From assembly GCF_046119375.1 (NCBI RefSeq), contig NW_027362768.1:158658001-158722000 (forward strand): DNA of 64,000 bases. Reading direction: 5' to 3'. The stretch is from Phyllobates terribilis. Its lineage: Eukaryota. Below are positions 26,641 through 37,860 of the stretch, one piece after another. The notes beneath the pieces are model-generated. The model saw nothing but the letters and a program-made list of their open reading frames with translations, had not been told where the DNA came from and searched no databases. The position numbers and the translations under genes are program-made. Every line of letters begins with the position of its first letter. Positions within the stretch are counted from its first letter, which is position 1.

Positions 26641-27986
26641 GTTTCAGTTTGCTTGTACTGTAAAGCCTTGTATGTTTTCCGTGTGCACATAGCCTTACAG
26701 TTAATTGGGGAGAGTCACAGAGACTGAATACTTTATATTATTGGCTGGGGGAGATTATAGTTAATGGGGGGCACAGTGCTGCTTATCACTTTATATTTTG
26801 ATTGGTGCTTGGCTAATAGTATATTAATGGGGGGGGTACATATCTGTAGTCAGGGGCGCAGTGCAGAGGAGACACATGTATATATACAATATATGTGACC
26901 TTGTTATTTTCTAGGCTGGAGATCATCGTGACAAGACGAGTCGTGGCTGGGAGATGTCGTCATGAAGGTCTGACCAGATGGTGAAAAAGCAGCAGAAACC
27001 GACTCTGATCAGATGAGACGTCAGCGGTAAGTGCCTGGATGTAAATATTATTCTGTATCTGCACTGTGTGACTTGGAGTGATGATGTTATCTGTAAAATC
27101 CCTCAGGCCACATTCTCACATTTGTGTGAAATGTCCGTGTGCTGCCAGATCTTTTTATCGGATGGTCCACGGACTCGTAGAGTTTTATAGATCCATTCAC
27201 ACATCCATGAAAATCACGGATCTGAGAATGAGATCTGTGAGGGTCAGATAATGTCCTGTTCTGATCTGATTTTGGGGATTAGAATAGGACATGCTCAATG
27301 CGTCGGTAAAACAGGGCAGCACACCGACACTGCATACAGATACAGGAATGTAGCCGTATTATGTATAGCACAGTCCCTTAGTATATAGTGTACTCACTTA
27401 TTATGAAGAGCGCCATCCTTAGTTACATAGTTTCCTCTTTTATTATGTATAACGCCCTCCCTTATTACGTACCATCCTCTCTAGTTATATATGGTGCTGT
27501 CTCTTATTATATAGTTTCCTCTGCTGTTATGTACAGTGCTGTCCCTTCCATAGTGTATTCTTGTTATTTTTGTCAGTCACAGCGCCCTCTTTTATTACAT
27601 AGTCGTCTCTTGTTAGATATAAAATGACGGCTGATGGGGCAGCCGGTGACCAGAAGACCAGTCCATCAGCTCCTCCATCAGAAAAGATGCTTTCCCATGC
27701 TCCATCAGTCGTCATTGCATTATATATCTAACAAGAGAGGACACTATGTAATAAGGACAGGGTGCTATAGATAATCCAATATGTAAGGGACGGTGCTGTA
27801 CATAACAAGAGAGGGCACTGTGTAAAAAGGGGCAGCAATATACATAATAAAGGAGGCTATGTAAGAGGAATATATGTGTGTGTGACTATATATACATGTG
27901 TAGCTTTGTCGCCACAAAAGCTGGGGGTCCAGACACATTACTTGCACAGGGGCCCCAAGCAGTCAGTGTCCGCCCCTGCCGAGACA

Positions 27987-28715
27987 GTAGGACGGCCGGT
28001 CATTGTTCCCCCTCCATGGACAGAGATAGCGACAGATGCGCCTCTTACAGGATGGGACGCCCATATGACGGGCCAGATGGACAGACGAGCTCCATCTTCA
28101 AACCTCAGTGAGTTAAAGGCAGTTCAGAGAACTCTTCTGTACTTTCATCCATCCAGCGGAGATCTGTCAGGATCATGTCTGACAACCAGGCGGCAGTGTC
28201 CTGTGTAAACCATCAGGGATGTGTCAGATCCGTAGCTCTTCTAATCCATCTTTTCTTGGGCAGAAAACAATTTACAGCAATTATCAGCGGAGTATATCAG
28301 GAGGGACCGGAATAATCTAGCAGTCCGGCTAAGTTGCGATTTGCTCCTTCCAGGAGAACGGTCTCAGGACCAGAACATCTTTCTCCAGATGGAGAACCGT
28401 GGCAGGTATCTTCAGGTGGACTTGAAGGCCACTTGCAAGAACAAGAAAGCAGCTCGTCCACTTCCGCTCCCTCTTCGTAGCTCTGGATTATCTTCCGATA
28501 TCGTGGCACTTATGTGATTCCTTCAATTTCGATAATCGCAAAAGGTTTCACAAACGCTCAGATGGGAACAGGTCTTGCTTATCATTTTCTTCCCAAGAGG
28601 ACCTGGTTCACAGCCTGGATAGTGATGAGCAAGGATGCTCCCTGATCTTGTGACACAGGACAGCCGATGTTGTCCTCACCTAGACCCCCGTTATCTGAAG
28701 ACGTGGAGGTTGATT
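27987..28715 (+). mobile_element. Degenerate DIRS-like retrotransposon relic (RNase H / methyltransferase-like region)
   Basis: Reads PPWTEIATDAPLTGWDAH...SSNLSELKAVQRTLL, then frameshifted SDNQAAV..VNHQG, resembling the DIRS TDAS..GWG / SSN.RE..AV / SDN / NHQGG motifs; compared from memory, not by search. Confidence 0.65.
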
Positions 28716-28734
28716 GCCCCTTTTTCTTAATGTG

Positions 28735-29104
28735 TCACATACTGGGCTTCTTGCTGTAGTTTTGATAAAATCACAGTTTTATCAGCAGGAGATTATCCCT
28801 AGAGGACTAGTAAACCTGCTGATGTGTAGTCCTCCATATTCATGAGCTTTGTTTAACCCCGCCCCCATCACTGATTACCAACTTTCAGCCTATGCACAGC
28901 ATACACAGGAAGCATCCAATCAGTGGTGTGGGCCGGGTTATACAGAGCAAAGTATTCAGAGAACTGCTAGATCTACAGCAGAGAAAACAGATTTTGATCA
29001 AAACTGCAGCAAGCAAGTAAGTGACACATCGCTGGAATCAGAGCCTCTGCCTCTACATCATGCTGCTCTCAGATGGGGAAGCAAAACCTGGTGACAGATT
29101 CCCT
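28735..29104. mobile_element. T2/Kolobok-type MITE, left end degraded
   Basis: Right end GCAAAACCTGGTGACAGATTCCCT-TTTAA; interior homologous to 29523-29908. Confidence 0.65.
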
Positions 29105-29522
29105 TTTAATGAATTTGATGCATCTTTCAGCAACTGTGTGTCTTTGCCTGAAATGTTACCCCAGTCACTGACTGGAGTACATTTCTGGCGTAATTTACCC
29201 CATTTTAGTATCATAAATTGTCATTAATTATCTGTATGATAACAAGAAAAGGGAAAAAACAAAGGGAAGATTACAAAGTTTTCGAAGTTGAGCCCCTTCA
29301 GATGTTTGGATTTATTTTTCTCTCCAGCACAAAAACGGGCTTGAGCTGCATAATCAAAGTGATGTGTGACCCCAGGGGACCCTGCGCCACCAAGATTTGA
29401 TAATTTGAAGATTCCTCTTAGAATCTCAAACTTTGTAAAGTGGAAAAAATGCGACAAAAACATAAGTCACATATTAACATATACATTTTTTTTTAGCTGG
29501 GGAAGAAAATAAGTGAAGTTAA

Positions 29523-29908
29523 AGGGAATTTGTCACAAGAATTCTGCGCCCTCATCTGAGTGCAGCATAATATAGGGGCAGAGACCCTGTTTCCAGTGAT
29601 GTGTCACTTACTGGCCTGCTTGTTGTTATTTTGATAAAATCTCTTTTTTATTTGCTGCATATCTAGCTGAGCTCTGTATAGCCACGCCTACAGTAGTGAT
29701 TGGCTGCTTTCTGCCTATGCACAGTGTATACCAAAAGCTGCCAGTCAGTGGTGGGGGAGGGGTTTATACTAATCTCCTGATAAAACTGTGATTATATGAA
29801 AAGTACAGCAAACACCCCAGTAAGTGACACATCGCTGGAATCAGGGTATCTGCCTCTACATTATGCTGCTCTCACGTTAGGTGCCAAAATACTGGTGGCA
29901 GATTCCCT
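29523..29908. mobile_element. T2/Kolobok-type MITE
   Basis: TTAA|AGGGAATTTGTCAC ... GTGGCAGATTCCCT|TTGA. Confidence 0.75.
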
Positions 29909-30103
29909 TTGACAAAAGAAACAGCTATTTTCTGTGTAGTTACAGTTTCTGGACAGCAGGGGGCGCCCATCACTGCACAAGACATGGTAGAGATCTACCA
30001 GAGCTGGGATCTGCCTTTTAAAACATGTTTCTTGCAAGTTGTTCTGATCCATTATAATGAAAATGACCTGATCCACGACCTTAAACATGAGCCTCATAGG
30101 GAG

Positions 30104-30268
30104 CAGCGGTGTAACTTGAAGCGCGTGGGCCCCAATGCAAAATCTCAAACGGGCCCCCCAATTATTAGAGATCTTTAATAGTAATGGTCTTTTCATATGG
30201 GCCAAAGGAGCCCCCTACCAGGGCCCGGATGCAATTGCAACCCCTGCACCTATTATAGTTACCCCCTG
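30104..30268. mobile_element. Short hAT MITE (165 bp) just upstream of the mucin-gene promoter
   Basis: CAGCGGTGTAACT ... AGTTACCCCCTG with an 8-bp TSD ATAGGGAG/ATAGGCAG (7 of 8 match). Confidence 0.75.
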
Positions 30269-30329
30269 ATAGGCAGGGGCAGCAGGGGGCGCCATATACA
30301 ACTCTCTCATCACTGTCTCAGCTCTTGGT

Positions 30330-30853
30330 CACTCTGGGGCCCGTGATCCCGGGACCGGGACTTTTCCTACAATTATCCCGCACACCGGACACTTCCGAGT
30401 CCCCTATAAATCCCTACAATAAATCCACCAATCACAGGGCCGGGAGAATCTATGGGCGTGGCAGACGGCGCGGCTTGGCCTATCAGTGCACAGTGGGCGG
30501 GGCCGGGGTGCGCAGTCCTTTGTTGCCGCTGATACAAAGTAACAATAGCGTCTGAGCAGCAAGCGCCACCGTGACGTCACACACCGGGTCCTGCTTCAGT
30601 GTGACGTCACATACAAAGCGGGAAATCCGGCTTCAGCGTGACGTCACACTGTTCATCGCTTTAGGAGGAGACCGCGCCGGGTCCGGGTTGTTGCTGAAGG
30701 TTCCCCCAACTACAGAACTGCGATCTAAGCCGCGTGACATCATAGCAGAGGAGATCCCCTGACGTCACTGGAGGCTCCTGTTCGCCTCACACCCCTGAGG
30801 GAGGACTCCAGCCTCAGTCACACGTGGCAGCTCCACTTCGGGACTCGGCTGGG
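30330..30853 (+). promoter_or_regulatory. CpG-island promoter of the mucin-like gene with a CRE cluster
   Basis: TGACGTCA at 30572, 30602, 30639 and 30760, plus TGACATCA at 30735; CCAAT near 30428; GC box GGGCGGGGC near 30495. Confidence 0.8.
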
Positions 30854-30923
30854 ATGGGAGGACGGTGGGAGAGCTGCCTGCTCCTGGGGCTCCTGTGCCT
30901 GCTCTCAGGGGCTCTGCTGCCGG
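30854..30923 (+). CDS. Unnamed type I membrane mucin-like protein, exon 1 (signal peptide)
   Basis: gggATGg Kozak context; MGGRWESCLLLGLLCLLSGALLP(G)|gtgagt, phase 1; hydrophobic signal-peptide core. Confidence 0.8.
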
Positions 30924-31165
30924 GTGAGTGCCCCCTGTGGGATACATGGACGAGCCGAGTCCGGGGTACAAGTGGTTAACCTCGAATCTCCGCTCTGCAC
31001 ATGGATGGGGATGATTGTAGGTGAGGGGTCTGCACACAGCGGGTCATAGAGGGCGCGACCCCCAATACTGAGCTAGGCAGCTCTGCGGAGACGTGGTATG
31101 CAAGGGGTTAATCAGGAATGACCGGGGTGGGGTGGGGGACGCTATCACTAGGAAGTATCACAGTT

Positions 31166-33108
31166 CTGGGGGTGCACGGTATGACAGCCCTGTACTGGGG
31201 GGGTGCACGGTATGACAGCCCTGTACTGGGGGGGTGCACGGTATGACAGCCCTGTACTGGGGGGGTGCACGGTATGACAGCCCTGTACTGGGGGGTGCAC
31301 GGTATGACAGCCCTGTACTGAGGGGGTGCACGGTATGACAGCCCTGTACTGAGGGGGTGCACGGTATGACAGCCCTGTACTGGGGGTGCACGGTATGACA
31401 GCCCTGTACTGGGGGGGTGCACGGTATGACAGCCCTGTACTGGGGGGGTGCACGGTATGACAGCTCTGTACTGGGGGGGTGTACGGTATGACAGCCCTGT
31501 ACTGGGGGGGGGGGTGTACGGTATGACAGCCCTGTACTGGGGGGTGTATGGTATGACAGCTCTGTACTGGGGGGGGGTGCACGGTATGACAGCCCTGTGC
31601 TGGGGGGGGGGGGTGCACGGTATGACAGCCCTGTGCTGGGGGGGGGGGTGCACGGTATGACAGCCCTGTGCTGGGGGGGGGGGTGCACGGTATGACAGCC
31701 CTGTGCTGGGGGGGGGTGCACGGTATGACAGCCCTGTGCTGGGGGGGGGGTGCACGGTATGACAGCCCTGTACTGGGGGGGGGGTGCACGGTATGACAGC
31801 CCTGTACTGGGGAGGTGCACGGTATGACAGCCCTGTACTGGGGGGGTGCACGGTATGACAGCCCTGTACTGGGGAGGTGCACGGTATGACAGCCCTGTAC
31901 TGGGGGGGTGCACGGTATGACAGCCCTGTACTGGGGGGTGCACGGTATGACAGCCCTGTACTGGGGGGTGCACGGTATGACAGCCCTGTACTGAGGGGGT
32001 GCACGGTATGACAGCCCTGTACTGGGGGTGCATGGTATGACAGCCCTGTACTGGGGGGGTGCACGGTATGACAGCCCTGTACTGGGGGGGTGCACGGTAT
32101 GACAGCCCTGTACTGGGGGGGTGCACGGTATGACAGCCCTGTACTGGGGGGGTGCACGGTATGACAGCTCTGTACTGGGGGGGTGTACGGTATGACAGCC
32201 CTGTACTGGGGGGGGGGGGGTGTACGGTATGACAGCCCTGTACTGGGGGGTGTATGGTATGACAGCTCTGTACTGGGGGGGGGGTGCACGGTATGACAGC
32301 TCTGTACTGGGGGGGGGTGCACGGTATGACAGCCCTGTGCTGGGGGGGGGGGGTGCACGGTATGACAGCCCTGTGCTGGGGGGGGGGGGGTGCACGGTAT
32401 GACAGCCCTGTGCTGGGGGGGGGGGGGTGCACGGTATGACAGCCCTGTGCTGGGGGGGGGGGTGCACGGTATGACAGCCCTGTGCTGGGGGGGGGTGCAC
32501 GGTATGACAGCCCTGTGCTGGGGGGGGGTGCACGGTATGACAGTCCTGTGCTGGGGGGGGGTGCACGGTATGACAGCCCTGTGCTGGGGGGGGGGGTGCA
32601 CGGTATGACAGCCCTGTGCTGGGGGGGGTGCACGGTATGACAGCCCTGTGCTGGGGGGGGGGGGGTGCACGGTATGACAGCCCTGTGCTGGGGGGGGGGG
32701 GTGCACGGTATGACAGCCCTGTGCTGGGGGGGGGGGGTGCACGGTATGACAGCCCTGTGCTGGGGGGGGGGGTGCACGGTATGACAGCCCTGTGCTGGGG
32801 GGGGGGTGCACGGTATGACAGCCCTGTGCTGGGGGGGGGGTGCACGGTATGACAGCCCTGTGCTGGGGGGGGGGTGCACGGTATGACAGCCCTGTGCTGG
32901 GGGGGGGGTGCACGGTATGACAGCCCTGTGCTGGGGGGGGGGGTGCACGGTATGACAGCCCTGTGCTGGGGGGGGGGGTGCACGGTATGACAGCCCTGTG
33001 CTGGGGGGGGGGTGCACGGTATGACAGCCCTGTGCTGGGGGGGGGGGGTGCACGGTATGACAGCCCTGTACTGGGGGGGGCACGGTATGACAGCCCTCTA
33101 CTGGGGGG
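31166..33108 (+). repeat. G-run minisatellite, 24-bp core plus about G5-G13, roughly 55-60 copies, in intron 1 of the mucin-like gene
   Basis: Unit TGCACGGTATGACAGCCCTGT(A/G)CT followed by a variable poly-G run. Confidence 0.95.
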
Positions 33109-35064
33109 TGGGAGTGCACTGTATCTCAGTCCCATCACAACAGTGCATCTCAGGCGTATATCGACGTTGAGGTCTTTGGGACTCTGTGAACTGCTTTACA
33201 TTGATCCCTGCAGTGCAGATACCAGGAACTATAACTCTCAGCATGGCCATTCTGGATACATGTGGTGAGAATGCTGTTGAGAATTGTAGTCTCCTGACAA
33301 TGGGCCACCGGTCGCAGATTGCAGCTGTGTTGTCAGATGGTCCTTGGAGCATTATACTGATATAATGGGATATGAGTACATTCTGAGCCTTCTAGTTCCA
33401 CAGTGGCTGGTGCTTCCATGCCTGCCTCGCCCACCTGTCATATTGAAGCTGTGTGGATTCCCATTATCACCAGGATGAATAAAATATGACACCAAGTGAC
33501 GTCACTTTGTCTGATTAACCTTTTCAGTGCTGGGCCGGAGAGCAGAGGGATTTTCCTCAGGGAAGGACCCACAATCTATCCCACAGTATCCTTCATTGGG
33601 CAGCTGCAGGAATAGACTGAACAAGGATTCGTCACCAGATTTTACAATATTCTATAGTGTTATTTAATGCTATGTAGATGTTTTAGACCTGATGACATTG
33701 GTGTACTTACTTTTAAAATTCATGTCAGAATGGCTGTATCATTCTTAAATTAAAACGAACAGCCTATGAGTCCATCCACAGCCCTTCAGGGAAATTTTCC
33801 AGAAGGATTATACAGACTTACTGACATGGATTCTTGCAATAAATACACTAGCCTCATCAGGTCCAAGAGATCTATTTAATAATGTCTGCAGTTTGTATTG
33901 TAGAGTCTGATGACAGATCCGCTTTATGGGGCTGCTGCAGCTTCATGTTCCTTTTTGTTGTTGTACATGTCCCATTAACCTTTCCACTTCCTGCCATTAT
34001 TTAGTATTTTTGGGAAACCCTTTACCCTACAGGTTACTCCTATGCGTTTCTGACTGAGGACCAATGTGGCGACCTCTACCGCTCCCACATGGCCTCAGTA
34101 CTGCACCTCTGCATCACCCAACTTTCCCGGATTCAGAAATGAACGAGTCCTTTAAGAATTTAACAGAAGCCGAAAGTTTGGAATTTCTATTTTCTTGGGG
34201 GGAGATTATTTTAGATTTTTGGCTTATTCAGTAATGTTCGGCTTAAAGGGCTGATCCACGTTCAGAAGGCTCGACTATCTGGGTTTGTACATGCCCCGTT
34301 AACCCTTCGTTATCGGTCTCCTCTTTTATATCAGCATTTTCAGGGACATCACGAGTTAGGATTTAAAGGGCAGAAAAGTAAAGTCGTCTGACGGCCGGCG
34401 TCATTTTATCGCAAACTCATAGTGCTCTTTCTCGTTATCGACAGACCCTTTTGTCTAAGGTTTATAGCAGAGCCGACCGGTGATGCAACAGATGAGACAT
34501 CCACAGGGGATAGGAGAGACATCTGGTGTAACGAGACCGCAGACGTGAGAGGTCTCCTGGGCACTTGGAGAGGCGGCTGCGCTGTGGATACAGTGTCGTT
34601 GTAGCCTGTCGGTAGTGTGAGGGTTAATATGGCAGAGATTAGCGAGCGCAGAGACCGCCGGGCAATTTCCAGGAAGCATCTGACGTGTGCGAACCTGCAG
34701 CCGCACATCCCGAGCCCGGCCGTGACACTATATCCACAGAATCACACAAAACCGTTGCGGATCTCCGTGATGGCGCAGAACACGGCCGGCAGCAGTGACT
34801 TCACCCCGGCTGCAGCGTCTTTTGGCGTCTTTGGTCGGCCGAGTACAGACGAGTGCATGAAAAATATGGATTTTCATCCAGAAAAAGAGCGGACATTTTT
34901 ATATCCGCATGTTTTTTGTCTTTTTTACATCCACGTGACATTCGGTTTATACATCAACAATTTAAAAATAAAAGTTTTATAAAAGGCCGAATACATAGTT
35001 TGAAATCCACCACTGTTTCATCAAAGGTTTTGCTTGCTGTCCTGTTTTTTGGGTTGTTTTTTTT

Positions 35065-36130
35065 CCGATTGCTTTACACTGCAGCTTTGCTTCATTAGGA
35101 CCAAGCATGACTCCTGTTCAGCTGCATTGCCTATCGGAGTCTGAGGTTGTTCTGATTTACATGGCTGTATTTGTCAACCAAAACCAGGAATGGGTCTAAC
35201 AGATGAAGGAGTAATTTTATTCCTATAGGTTCCACTTCTGATTTTGGCTTAAAAATACTAATGGAAAATGCTGGCCAGAATACTACTGTGCGAAAGTGGC
35301 GGTAATCTGAGATCTACCCTTTCTCCTGCTCCTCCTCAGTGCTTTACACTGAAGCTCTGCTCTATTAGGGGACCTTTTATGCTGAGAGGTTCCAGGTTCC
35401 CAACAGATTAATTCCATCATCTGTTGGAGTCTGAGGTTGTCTGGAATCTAATTCCTGTCTGACCAGAGACTCGGTTGCTGCTCTGTCTCTCTGCCATGCT
35501 TTACACTACAACTTTGCTTCATTAGAGAACCTCCGTGTTCAGAAGCTCCATCTTAACTGCATTGTCTATTGGAGTCTGATTTAGGCTCCTCAGAGTTCCA
35601 GCTTACTGAGGCTATCTCTCACCTATGCTTTACAGTGCAGCTCTGCTCCATAAGGGAACCTCTGTGTTGAGTGGCTCTAGCCTCTCTGCATTGTCTATAG
35701 GAATCGAAGGCAGGCTGAAATCCATCTCTTTTCTCATCAGCGGTTTAGGTGGTTGTTCTGTCTTTTCCCCATGCTTTACACTACAGCTCTGCTCTATAAG
35801 AGCACCTCTGTATTGAGTGGCTCTAGCCTATCTGCATCATCTACTGGAATTTGAGGTAGGTTGAACTCTATCTCTGGGTGGTGGTTCCGTCTCTTCCCCA
35901 TGCTTTACACTACAACGCTTCTTTGAAATGGCTCCTCTGCGTTGAGCGGCTCCTGCTTAACTGCATTATCTACTGGAGCCTGGGGTAGGCTTAAATTCAA
36001 CTCCTTTCTCATCAGAGGCTCAGGTTGCTGCTCTGTCCCTCTCTCATGCTCTACACTACAGCTCTGCTCCATTACGGCTGCTGTTTGTTTAGAGGCTCTG
36101 ATTTAGCTGCATTGTCAATTGGCGTCTGAG
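35065..36130. repeat. Old, diverged tandem repeat of ~130-150 bp (about 7 copies)
   Basis: GCTTTACACT(G/A)CAGCTCTGCTCCATTAGG...CTGCATTGTCTATTGGAGTCTGAGG recurs at about 35071, 35341, 35497, 35627, 35773, 35902 and 36047. Confidence 0.75.
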
Positions 36131-37226
36131 GTGGTTTAAAAAAAAGCCCTCGCCTCAGAAGAGGCTCAGTCTGGCGCTTTTTGGGGTGAAATGTCCAATT
36201 TCTTTACTTTTGTATTTTTATTTACTTTTTTTAACTTTGTTTGTAAACAGTTTCTGGATTCTTATTGATGGAGTTCTGCAGTGTATATAGGTTCATGATT
36301 ACCGTGCATTATAGCATATGACAGCCGTCTCCTGTATATACATTATACTCCATGAGGTTCAGCACCTGGGGCCCTATAATGTGTTCCAGGGGCCCCAACC
36401 ATCACATGCTGTATAGTCGCCCTGGGGCGGTGCGCGGTTGAGATGGGTGTGACGTTGCCATATCATTGTGCTTTGAAGTTCCCGGAGTCACATCTGTAGG
36501 AAGCGAGACAATAAAGGCAGGATGGCTTTTATCTAATAATGAGGTGGCCTGTGGCTCCTTCACCTGCATCTCCCCAGAAATAAATCTCTGTAAAATGAGA
36601 CCTGGAGTCGATTATCTCATGTACAAGCTGACTACAGCGCTCGGCTTTCTCCGGCAACCCTATAGACACTGAATGGAGCGACGGTTGAGCGTGCGCGCTT
36701 CCCCCCAAAGTGTCCATTTATGGCATCTTAACGGTCAGACCCCCATCAATCTATTCTGTGGATACGCAATAATTTTTTTGTAAACCGGAATCCCCCTTTA
36801 ATATCCACCCATGGTGCACATCCTGGCATCACTTCCTCTGTTTCCTCCAAGTCCCAACCTGCAGGAATAATGGCGACTCCCCAGCCTCTGGGCCTGGAAT
36901 CTGCGTGTTCCCACAAAGAAGCGTTCACCCTCGCCCCTATCCCAGACTCCCATCATGGTGACCACCATCCTGCCAGATCCAGGGTTGCCTGGTGTGATGG
37001 AGCTTCTGTTCACACCTCCCTGCTAAAGCTGCAAGAAGTGTCCAATTTGCAAAGAGAAACTATTTCATCTCCCTGAGACCCCTGAGGGGTTTTTATTTAG
37101 TCTATTTGTGATGTAAGGATGAAAAGACAGAAATGTGACACCGAGGTGCAACTGAATGACTGACCAGGGGGCGCCTGCTAGGTGGTCACTTAGGCTTTGA
37201 TCTATAGTTCAGAGCTGAGCCACCAC

Positions 37227-37860
37227 TGAGCTGTGTATCTAATCCTATCCTGTGTGATACTGTCTGCTGAGCTGTGTATCTAATCCTATCCTGTGTGATA
37301 CTGTCTGCTGAGCTGTGTATCTAATCCTATCCTGTGTGATACTGTCTGCTGAGCCGTGTATCTAATCCTATCCTGTGTGATACTGTCTGCTGAGCTGTGT
37401 ATCTAATCCTGTCCTGTGTGGTACTGTCTGCTGAGCTGTGTATCTAATCCTATCCTGTGTGATACCGGCTGCTCAGCTGTGTATCTGATCCCATCCTGTG
37501 TGATACTGTCTGCTGAGCTGTGTGTCTAATCCTATCCTGTGTGATACTGTCAGCTGAGCCGTGTATCTGATCCCATTCTGTGTGATACTGTCAGCTGAGC
37601 CATGTATCTAATCCTATCCTGTGTGATACTGTCTGCTGAGCTGTCTATCTAATCCTATCCTGTGTGATACTGTCTGCTGAGCCATGTATCTAATCCTACC
37701 ATGTGTGACAGTGTCTGCTGAGCTGTGTATCTAATCCTATCCTGTGTGATACTGTCTGCTGAGCCGTGTATCTGGTCCCATCCTGTGTGATACTGTCTGC
37801 TGAGCCATGTATCTGATCCCATCCTGTGTGATACTGTCTGCTGAGCCGTGTATCTAATCT
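37227..37860 (-). repeat. 41-bp minisatellite (about 15.5 copies), reverse complement of the 19021 array
   Basis: Unit TGAGCTGTGTATCTAATCCTATCCTGTGTGATACTGTCTGC. Confidence 0.95.

Larger units (their letters stand above)
25303..27978. mobile_element. Non-autonomous hAT-type DNA transposon, 2.68 kb
   Basis: TIRs CAGGGGCGGA / TCCGCCCCTG with a perfect 8-bp TSD CCGAGACA at 25295-25302 and 27979-27986; no transposase. Confidence 0.9.

Noticed and set aside
25981-26690. Ser/Pro/Leu- and Gly/Asp/Glu-rich ORFs
   Set aside because: G-rich minisatellite inside a non-autonomous hAT element.
31108-33138. 611-676-aa Pro-rich (extensin-like) ORFs
   Set aside because: Antisense reading of the poly-G minisatellite; open in all frames, with no splice or promoter context.
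36600-37050. Possible CR1-like endonuclease relic on - (…RPRGWGVAII…)
   Set aside because: Only a vague resemblance to the RGGGVA motif; too degenerate to support without a search.
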